From the IMG/VR virus record IMGVR_UViG_3300038492_000581, positions 89,815-109,785 of that record: DNA of 19,971 nt; one strand, written 5' to 3'. The translations under genes were made by a program, and so were the position numbers. Below, one piece after another: positions 6,099 to 12,897 of the stretch. The notes beneath the pieces were generated by a model. It was not told the origin of the DNA and did no database searches. It saw only the letters and a list, made by a program, of their open reading frames with translations. The number at the start of each line of letters is the position of its first letter. The stretch's first letter is position 1. The stretch is from a virus. Lineage: Duplodnaviria; Heunggongvirae; Uroviricota; Caudoviricetes.

Positions 6099-6527
6099 TT
6101 GCGGCGACTTACTCGAAGAGAGTTAGTTGACTGTTTAGCGTACTACTTATTTGGGCGGCGAGAAGGCAGGAATCCCTGCTCGTCCGTCGTGGAAAATGCT
6201 AAGCGTTTACCAACTTATTATTGTGGTTTTGTCGATTTTGGCACACCCTTTTTGGAAATTTCTTTTATGAAGCCTACCCTGATCTCTCAGCAATCCCTTG
6301 CTGAGCAAGATGTTACGATTTCGGTCGAAGACATGGAGTGCATATTTTTCCGTCTCATTGGCGTTGGTCCCAATACTATATCTGAGAGCAAATTTAGCCT
6401 AAGAAAAATCGCCGATAAAGTGGACAAAATGCCAGGCTGGGCCATTATAACTGATAAGGGCGACGCCCGCAAGACTCTCCATGATCTTGTCGATAGATTT
6501 TGTGATGAAAGAGAATCAATGAAATGA
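6099..6527 (+). CDS. Hypothetical protein (start uncertain: TTG 6099, GTG 6189 or ATG 6267)
   Basis: The C-terminal part is coupled by ATGA to the next gene. The 5' part coincides with a motif and a hairpin, so it may be untranslated. Confidence 0.65.
   Translation: MRRLTRRELVDCLAYYLFGRREGRNPCSSVVENAKRLPTYYCGFVDFGTPFLEISFMKPTLISQQSLAEQDVTISVEDMECIFFRLIGVGPNTISESKFSLRKIADKVDKMPGWAIITDKGDARKTLHDLVDRFCDERESMK
6135..6144 (+). promoter_or_regulatory. Candidate late-promoter box TTAGCGTACT (rightward)
   Basis: Second exact copy, upstream of the sigma/TerS/TerL operon and followed by a GC-rich hairpin. Confidence 0.45.
6154..6188 (+). promoter_or_regulatory. GC-rich imperfect hairpin, possible 5' leader structure
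   Basis: GGCGG/CCGTC, CGA/TCG and GCAGG/CCTGC stack into ~13 bp with an AATC loop, ending just before in-frame GTG 6189. Confidence 0.35.
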
Positions 6528-6934
6528 GTACTAAGAAGGTGCCAGCAGAAAATAATCGTCCCGGTTTTACTTCCTTGGCTACCGGAGGGCATGTTGCTCT
6601 TCATCGTCCTGGATTTCATTCCGATCAAGAAATCAAGATTCCTGTGTCCGCCGATAACAAACCAGCGGTAGAGGAAACCCAAGAACAGGCTATGGAGGAA
6701 GAAGATCTCCAAGCTTTTGCGGCTACCTCAAGTGTTGAAGCTGAATCTGAGCCAGAAGACGAAGAAGAAAGTGAGGAAGAAATGGCTGATGAAACCAGGG
6801 GACTTGCTAAGGCAAGCCCAAAATTTGAAGAAGTTGAAGAAGAAAAGGCTCACGCGAGTGAGGCCGATAAAGCCTCTGCTATTGAGGCTAACACGGTGAC
6901 GAAGAATAAGCAGGAAGACAGCGAGAGCGAATAA
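6524..6934 (+). CDS. Highly acidic, probably disordered hypothetical protein
   Basis: Glu/Asp/Ala-rich low-complexity C-terminal two-thirds; N-terminal RPGF occurs twice; ATGA overlap with upstream gene. Confidence 0.8.
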   Translation: MSTKKVPAENNRPGFTSLATGGHVALHRPGFHSDQEIKIPVSADNKPAVEETQEQAMEEEDLQAFAATSSVEAESEPEDEEESEEEMADETRGLAKASPKFEEVEEEKAHASEADKASAIEANTVTKNKQEDSESE

Positions 6935-6940
6935 ACCTTC

Positions 6941-7537
6941 ATGAGTTTTGGCGTTAGTGGTGTAATCACCTATAAAGACGTCGAACAGGTAATAGACGCA
7001 GTAGTCTATACCGAATCTCGCAAATACGCACCCCTTCTTCCGGGCATGGAAATTGATGATGTAGAGCAGGAAATCAGGCGTGAATGCCTGGAGGCCATTG
7101 ACTCTTATGATCCTGATAGGATTGGTCCGTACCCCTATCGATATTTCCAGGTCTGTGTCAAGAATCATTTCTATAACATGAGGCGGGGAATATACGTTCC
7201 CAATAACCCTCCTTGTTACAGATGTCATCTCTGGGACAAGAGCCGAAAGGTCTGTCTAATAGATGAAATAGGTTGCGAGAAGATCGTCGATCATAGGAAG
7301 AATATGGACAAGAAGGCTGCGATCAAACGTCCGGCTTCTCTTGAGGGGGAAACTACAGGATCTTATGCTGATAAAGATGTAAACAAATTTGTTTTGGATG
7401 AAAGTATCAAGCAGTCCCTACCAAAGGAGCTTTTATCTGATTACGATAAGATGAAAAATGGGAAGGCTGATGAAGTTACTCCACGAAACAAGACGGCTAT
7501 AAGAAACATCGTTAGAAGGATCATGAGCGATGGGTAG
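6941..7537 (+). CDS. Phage sigma70-family-like transcription factor (region 2, Cys4 insert, degenerate region 4)
   Basis: IDDVEQEIRRECLEAIDSYDPDR...YRYFQVCVKNHFYNMRR matches sigma region 2 (D..Qe......a...yDp....f.ty.....N...n..R). It is followed by C92-x2-C95-x9-C105-x6-C112. Confidence 0.7.
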   Translation: MSFGVSGVITYKDVEQVIDAVVYTESRKYAPLLPGMEIDDVEQEIRRECLEAIDSYDPDRIGPYPYRYFQVCVKNHFYNMRRGIYVPNNPPCYRCHLWDKSRKVCLIDEIGCEKIVDHRKNMDKKAAIKRPASLEGETTGSYADKDVNKFVLDESIKQSLPKELLSDYDKMKNGKADEVTPRNKTAIRNIVRRIMSDG

Positions 7538-8339
7538 GAGAAGGATTACCCCAGACGAGAAGAATCAGATCTCTGAGTTGTTTAAGCTTGGGAAAAATAC
7601 TCATGAGATTGCTGAAGCTCTTGGATGGAGCCATGACACCGCTGCACGTTCTGTTCAGCGTCAAATTACTACAATGAAGAAGTCTGGGCAGCTTGAGGGG
7701 TATGTGCCTGTTCCAAAAAGAAAGCGTAAGCAGAAGAAGGATGAGGAGAAGCCAGACGAGCCCAAGTTACTCGATGAGTATACTCGTGAGGGCCGTTTTG
7801 ATCTTCTTAGTAATACTTTGCGTAGCACGCCACGCTTTAGGCTTGCGTTTCAGGCGTTTTCTACAAAAGAAAAAGCCCTGTTTATGGATGAGTATTTTAA
7901 TGTCGTAAAATCTACAGAGACATTGAATGAAGCTGAGGAGCAGTCCCTTTTTGCGGCAATATTGGAATACACTTTAGCACTTCGTTCTTTGAACCTCAAG
8001 AGAAAAGAAGAAGATTTGTTCGAAAGAACAATGGATGGTGAATTTGATAGAGAAGATCCTCAATTTCGTGCGAGTGTAGACGGTAGATTTCAGCGTGAGT
8101 ATGAATCTCACATGGATAGGTACAGCAAGATCATGGCGTCTCTTAAAATGAGTCGTGATCAAAGGCTCAAAGATGTTAGCGGGCAGAGAAGGACTCTCAC
8201 AGATATCGCACAAGAGCTTTCATCTCGGTCTGCTCAGGCCGATGCCGCGGAAGAAATTGAAAGACTGGATCGCTTAAAAGAAGTTGAGCTTAAGGCAATG
8301 CTTCAAAAAGACTTTATCTTTGGAGAGTTTTCAGAATGA
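7530..8339 (+). CDS. Probable terminase small subunit (N-terminal HTH, helical oligomerisation region)
   Basis: HTH-like LFKLGKNTHEIAEALGWSHDTAARSV, a basic linker and a long helical C-terminus; it lies upstream of TerL in the same coupled operon. TerS identity is positional inference. Confidence 0.55.
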   Translation: MGRRRITPDEKNQISELFKLGKNTHEIAEALGWSHDTAARSVQRQITTMKKSGQLEGYVPVPKRKRKQKKDEEKPDEPKLLDEYTREGRFDLLSNTLRSTPRFRLAFQAFSTKEKALFMDEYFNVVKSTETLNEAEEQSLFAAILEYTLALRSLNLKRKEEDLFERTMDGEFDREDPQFRASVDGRFQREYESHMDRYSKIMASLKMSRDQRLKDVSGQRRTLTDIAQELSSRSAQADAAEEIERLDRLKEVELKAMLQKDFIFGEFSE

Positions 8340-9298
8340 AAATAGCGATGCTTTATGCAAGTTGGGAAGGCGAGGGTTGGTCTACGCCTATCGGAATTCA
8401 TAAAGAGTTTGAAAGCAGAGGCATCGAAGTTCGTAGATATAATCTTTATCACAATGACGGAGAACTTCTTCCCCGTAAAAAAGTGCGGACATACTCGGCA
8501 GACGGTCTCAATAAGCTCAATCATGACATACGAGTTTCGGGCTTCAGCCCCGACATTGTTTTTGTCATGGATTACACGGGGTTTGACGCACCCCATATGG
8601 GTAAACACAACTTCCCAGGCTTATGGCTTATGGAGGCGGGCGACGAACCACAGACGCATCGCATGCAAGCGGCCAGAGCAAACAAGTTTCATGGCATCCT
8701 TTCTCCCGACTTTGAATGCACCGAAGCATATCATGCGGCAGGCATGGACGCGATTTGGTGGACTCATCACGCGGACTTAAACATCTTTCATACATCGTAT
8801 GATATCAAGCCTATTTTTGATTGTGTTACTACTTGCGGTTCTCGTGGCAGAACTTTGGTAGAGGGTAAGTCACTGACCGACCTCATATCTGACGATCTTG
8901 GAAACCGATTCAATAATGATCGCTATTTCTTTGGAGAGGATCACGCTAAACGGTTGTCTATGGGAAAGATAGTTTTCCAATGTTCACAGTATGGCGAAAT
9001 CACTCGGAGGATATTTGAGGGTATGGCTTGCGGACGAATGGTGCTTGCAGATCGATTGCCAGCAAGGACTAACGTAGATGCACTATTCGAGGAAGATGTT
9101 GATTTAGTGTATTATAGTGACGCACAAGAGGCTATTGAGAAGATTGAGTATTACTCCAAGAATGATGAAGAAAGAGAAGCGATAGCACAAAATGGCAGCC
9201 GTAAGGTGCAGGAGATGCACAGTCAAAAGTCGAGAGTTGATCAGCTTTTGAACTTTGCTCGTGAAATTGCACCGAAACATGGGATAGCTTTATCATGA
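8336..9298 (+). CDS. Glycosyltransferase, GT-B fold, CgeB/Glyco_trans_1_2-like
   Basis: C-terminal RRIFEGMACGRMVLADR...LFEEDVDLVYYSD..EAIEKIEYY..NDEEREAIAQNG is typical of this family. Confidence 0.85.
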   Translation: MKIAMLYASWEGEGWSTPIGIHKEFESRGIEVRRYNLYHNDGELLPRKKVRTYSADGLNKLNHDIRVSGFSPDIVFVMDYTGFDAPHMGKHNFPGLWLMEAGDEPQTHRMQAARANKFHGILSPDFECTEAYHAAGMDAIWWTHHADLNIFHTSYDIKPIFDCVTTCGSRGRTLVEGKSLTDLISDDLGNRFNNDRYFFGEDHAKRLSMGKIVFQCSQYGEITRRIFEGMACGRMVLADRLPARTNVDALFEEDVDLVYYSDAQEAIEKIEYYSKNDEEREAIAQNGSRKVQEMHSQKSRVDQLLNFAREIAPKHGIALS

Positions 9299-10116
9299 CG
9301 AGTTCGACACGAGAAAATGAAGGAAAGATCTCTTGGGATCTTAATGTTCGTAAATTCAAGGATCATGATCCGTTCTGTGAGCCTGGATTAATTTCCATTC
9401 TGTTTATTGCTAAAGGCAGATCAACTCTTACTCGACGCTGTCTTGAATCTACTGCGGCGGCCGTTGCTCTTTACGAGGGGGAAGTGGAATGGATATTTAT
9501 AGAGAATGGAGAAGATGACGAGAATTATTCTCTATTCCAGAACTTTGAATGCCAGCGAAAGATTATAGTTCGTCAGAAGAACTATGGAATTAATCATGCG
9601 TTGAATCAGGCTTGGGCTTTATCGCGAGGAGAATTCTGCTTGGTTCATGAGAACGATTGGTTCAACAACGAATCGATGTTCAATTTCTTGGAGATCATAA
9701 AAGAGATCTTTGAAGAGAGGTCAGACATTTCAATCATTCAAATGCGGGCATTTGATGATCCAAATGAGAATTGGGGATTTGGCAAGCCGGAGTTCAATCC
9801 GTGGAGCTGTAGACCGGAAGTATTGTTTGAAGCTTCGGTTGATGTTACTGAGTGCTGTTTGCGAAGTGGTTATAAGTACTTGGTATCAAATTTTGGCAAT
9901 GGTTTCAACAACAATCCAGTTGTTATCAGGAAAAACAAACGAAATGAGTGCGGGCCAATGAGCGAGCCCGTTGTTGGCTCAGATCCTCGTCATGACGAGA
10001 CTCATTATCAAGAGAAAATGGCGGGAGCGAGAACAGCGTACATTGGCAAGCCAATCTATTATCATGCTGGTGGTGCAGCAAGAAACTACTTTGAAGCTAC
10101 AGGAGTAATAAGATGA
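9295..10116 (+). CDS. Glycosyltransferase family 2-like (GT-A fold)
   Basis: ISILFIAKGR...RRCLES, EWIFIENG, KNYGINHALNQAW...RGEFCLVHENDW (the DxD position reads END). Confidence 0.85.
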   Translation: MTSSTRENEGKISWDLNVRKFKDHDPFCEPGLISILFIAKGRSTLTRRCLESTAAAVALYEGEVEWIFIENGEDDENYSLFQNFECQRKIIVRQKNYGINHALNQAWALSRGEFCLVHENDWFNNESMFNFLEIIKEIFEERSDISIIQMRAFDDPNENWGFGKPEFNPWSCRPEVLFEASVDVTECCLRSGYKYLVSNFGNGFNNNPVVIRKNKRNECGPMSEPVVGSDPRHDETHYQEKMAGARTAYIGKPIYYHAGGAARNYFEATGVIR

Positions 10117-10358
10117 GCTTAGTAGGAAAGAAAGTTCGATTGGAAGATGGAACCGAAGCCCTTGTTTTGAACAAGTGGGCGTCTGGAAAGCATTCTACTT
10201 TCGAGCTTGCAAATGGAACAAAGATTACCGATTTGGATAAGTTGGTTGATCAGGGGCGAGTAAAGATTCTTGCCGATCCAGAATCATTATTTGATGTTGA
10301 AGTTAGCGACGATGCTGACGAGTGGGGATCGGTGTTTGGCGAAGATAGGTTGGATTAA
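10113..10358 (+). CDS. Hypothetical protein (81 aa; small beta-rich N-terminus, acidic tail)
   Basis: AGGAG SD 7 nt upstream; ATGA and TAATG coupling on both sides. Confidence 0.75.
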   Translation: MSLVGKKVRLEDGTEALVLNKWASGKHSTFELANGTKITDLDKLVDQGRVKILADPESLFDVEVSDDADEWGSVFGEDRLD

Positions 10359-10831
10359 TGGCAAAGCCAGTACCCATTCTTAGAGATACCAGAGAGAAGA
10401 AGCCTTGGGACTTTTCCAAGGATAAGTACTTTGATGGACAGAAAGATGTCGCTTTGAAGACTGGCGACTACTCTTTGGAGGGGTATGAAGACGATATTGT
10501 CGTAGAGAGAAAAAAAGACGTGAATGAGCTTATTGCGAATTTCACGACCGACAAGCGGCGTATATACGACGAGGTTGAGCGACTCAAAAAATTTAGGTTT
10601 GCCGCAATTGTTGTTGAGCAGAATTTGGCTGAGGTTTTGAATTCTGAAAATTACTACGTTGCTCGGAAATTCAAGAACAGAAACGCCCCCGTTGCTATTG
10701 TGATCAACAATCTGCTTACTATAATGATGCAGCACGGCATTCACGTCATATTTGCTGGATGCAAAGGCAAAAGTATAACTCGCGGGATTCTTGTACGAGC
10801 ACGAGAGCTTTGTAATGCTGGAAAGATCTAA
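10358..10831 (+). CDS. ERCC4/XPF-Mus81-family nuclease domain protein
   Basis: Motifs ILRDTREKKP, LKTGDYS, VVERKKDVNEL and RL......AIVVE. Confidence 0.88.
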   Translation: MAKPVPILRDTREKKPWDFSKDKYFDGQKDVALKTGDYSLEGYEDDIVVERKKDVNELIANFTTDKRRIYDEVERLKKFRFAAIVVEQNLAEVLNSENYYVARKFKNRNAPVAIVINNLLTIMMQHGIHVIFAGCKGKSITRGILVRARELCNAGKI

Positions 10832-12849
10832 TGCTCAGTGCACGCCAAATAGATAAGATTCGAGGAAGCGTATGGAGCAATGATTTTAGCTCCAGCGATC
10901 TAATACGTATCTTTAAGGACCAGGGGCCAATGAGGTCCATGGTTTACATGGCACAGTTTTCTCTTGCTTGGTTTATTGAGAAGATTTTTCGTAATCAGAA
11001 GGGAAAGCCCCTCAAGTTGCAACCATTTCAAATGGTCATGCTTGATATGCTTTGGCATAAAAAGTTTCCAATGGTTCTCGCCAGTCGCGGTGCAGGCAAG
11101 ACTTTTATGCTTGCTGTGTATTGTGCCGTGAAGGCAATTCTTAATCCTGGCTCTAAGATAGTTATCTGTGGTGCTGGTTTTCGACAAGCTAAGCTTGTGT
11201 TCAAGTATATTGAACAGCTTTATAATGCCAGTCCGGTGTTTCAAGAAACGTGTAAAGATAGACCAAAGTATGGGTCCGACCAGGCTTACTTGCAAGTTGG
11301 GTTATCGACAATTACTGCCATTCCTATTGGTGATGGCGAAAAGATTCGCGGCCTTCGTGCGACAGTTTTGGTGGCGGATGAGTTTGCGTCCATTCCAGAA
11401 GAAATCTTTGATATTGTTATCAAACCATTCACCGCGGTTCATGCGGACCCCGCTGAACGTGCCATGGTGACTGCTTTTATTTCGAAGCTAAAAAGGCTTG
11501 GTGCTTCGGAAGAAATCATTAAGAACATCGAGGATACACAGGATTTTGGTAATCAGGTTGTTATATCTGGTACAGCATCTTATAAACACAATCACTTCTA
11601 TCGACGTTATCAGACATACAAGTCTTTTATTAAGTCGGAGGGTGATTTTCGTGTTCTGAAATCGGCTCTTGAAGAGCAATCTCTTAACACTACAGGAAAA
11701 GTGTCGCCGATTCCAGATGACGATGTGAACCGCATGTCTAAAATGTGGTCACATTATGCAGTATTCCAACTTCCATACTACGGCCTGCCGCCCGGTTTCC
11801 TTGATGAAGATACCATTCGTTCGGACCGTGCTATTATGCCGACGTACCGTTTTAAGATGGAGTACGAGGCGGCATTTCCGGACGATAGTGACGGATTTAT
11901 CAGAAGATCGTGGATAGATGAAGCTACGCCAAATGAGCAGGATGATAATATTCCTGTGCCAATTGAGTTATACGGAGATCCTCGTCATACATACGTTATG
12001 GGGATTGACCCGGCTCGATGGAATGACAATCTTGGCGTTGTCGTGCTTAAATTGACGCCGCGAGGAAAAGAGGTTGTTTATTGCAATGCTTGGGATAAGA
12101 CTGAGTATAACAAGTCTGCGGTAACAATTCGGGAGATTGTTAAGCGATTTAACATTCAGTATATTGCTATGGACTCTGGTGGCGGCGGATGGGCTATTCA
12201 AGAGTGGCTTTGTAAGAAGCAAGAAGAAGTTGAGGATGGCGAGCTTTTGTGGCCGATTAGAGAACAGCTTGAAAATAAGGCAGATCTTTCGGCACCTGGA
12301 AGAAACATCATAGAGATGGTCAACTTTGGCGGAAGCTGGACACCCGACGCAGCACATAATTTGGCATCCAATATCCAACAATGTAATATTCTATTTCCAT
12401 ACAAAGGTGATGAAAAAAACGTGTTTGAGCAGTACGCTCTTCATTTTGGAAAGCCTAACATCAGTGATTATGAAAAAGAGAGGCTTCTGCAAGATCTCTG
12501 GGGTGTTGACGAATGGGAGGCTGAGAAATTCAATGTTGAAAAGAAGATGGGGGCTCAGCAGCAAATTGATGAATGCATAAATGAAACATGTGCAATCATG
12601 CGTACTGTAACTCCGGGCGGTACAGAGCGTTTTGATCTTCCAAAGCTTTCTGAACAGCCAGAAGGTCTTGATATGCGACGAAGAGACAGATTCTCCGCTT
12701 TGATGCTTGCAAACTATGCTGCTAAAGTGTTTCAGGGTCATGGACACAGATCTTCTGTTCCAGCAGGAACCGCAACAGGACCAGGATCAAATCCAAGACG
12801 TAGACCTATTGGTGGCGGAATTCGACGAAGAGGGGCTGTTGTCTATTAG
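10831..12849 (+). CDS. terL: Terminase large subunit
   Basis: Adenine-binding LQPFQ, Walker A ASRGAGKT, Walker B VLVADEFA, coupling motif ISGTA, and nuclease acidic motifs YVMGIDPA, IAMDSGGGG and RRDRFSAL. Confidence 0.93.
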   Translation: MLSARQIDKIRGSVWSNDFSSSDLIRIFKDQGPMRSMVYMAQFSLAWFIEKIFRNQKGKPLKLQPFQMVMLDMLWHKKFPMVLASRGAGKTFMLAVYCAVKAILNPGSKIVICGAGFRQAKLVFKYIEQLYNASPVFQETCKDRPKYGSDQAYLQVGLSTITAIPIGDGEKIRGLRATVLVADEFASIPEEIFDIVIKPFTAVHADPAERAMVTAFISKLKRLGASEEIIKNIEDTQDFGNQVVISGTASYKHNHFYRRYQTYKSFIKSEGDFRVLKSALEEQSLNTTGKVSPIPDDDVNRMSKMWSHYAVFQLPYYGLPPGFLDEDTIRSDRAIMPTYRFKMEYEAAFPDDSDGFIRRSWIDEATPNEQDDNIPVPIELYGDPRHTYVMGIDPARWNDNLGVVVLKLTPRGKEVVYCNAWDKTEYNKSAVTIREIVKRFNIQYIAMDSGGGGWAIQEWLCKKQEEVEDGELLWPIREQLENKADLSAPGRNIIEMVNFGGSWTPDAAHNLASNIQQCNILFPYKGDEKNVFEQYALHFGKPNISDYEKERLLQDLWGVDEWEAEKFNVEKKMGAQQQIDECINETCAIMRTVTPGGTERFDLPKLSEQPEGLDMRRRDRFSALMLANYAAKVFQGHGHRSSVPAGTATGPGSNPRRRPIGGGIRRRGAVVY

Positions 12850-12854
12850 TGTAT
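12846..12854 (+). promoter_or_regulatory. Candidate late-promoter box TTAGTGTAT upstream of portal
   Basis: Variant of TTAGCGTAC overlapping the TerL stop. The continuation CTGTAGATG parallels TTATAGATG at the leftward copy. Confidence 0.4.
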
Positions 12855-12897
12855 CTGTAGATGAGGCCACAATTTAATTGCAATTGAGTTAACCGCC

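Noticed and set aside
6287-7228. Minus-strand ORFs 6287..6712 and 6728..7228
   Set aside because: They are antisense to coupled plus-strand genes; the hydrophobic look comes from complementing Glu/Lys codons.
9104-9117. TTAGTGTATTATAG, an exact motif copy with a TATTAT -10 look, inside the GT-B gene
   Set aside because: It encodes the family-typical LVYY, so coding constraint explains it. An internal promoter for GT2-ERCC4-TerL cannot be excluded, but it was not called.
10831-12849. Intein or intron in the 672-aa TerL
   Set aside because: The frame is continuous, with no intein splice-junction or LAGLIDADG motifs; extra length is spread over small insertions.
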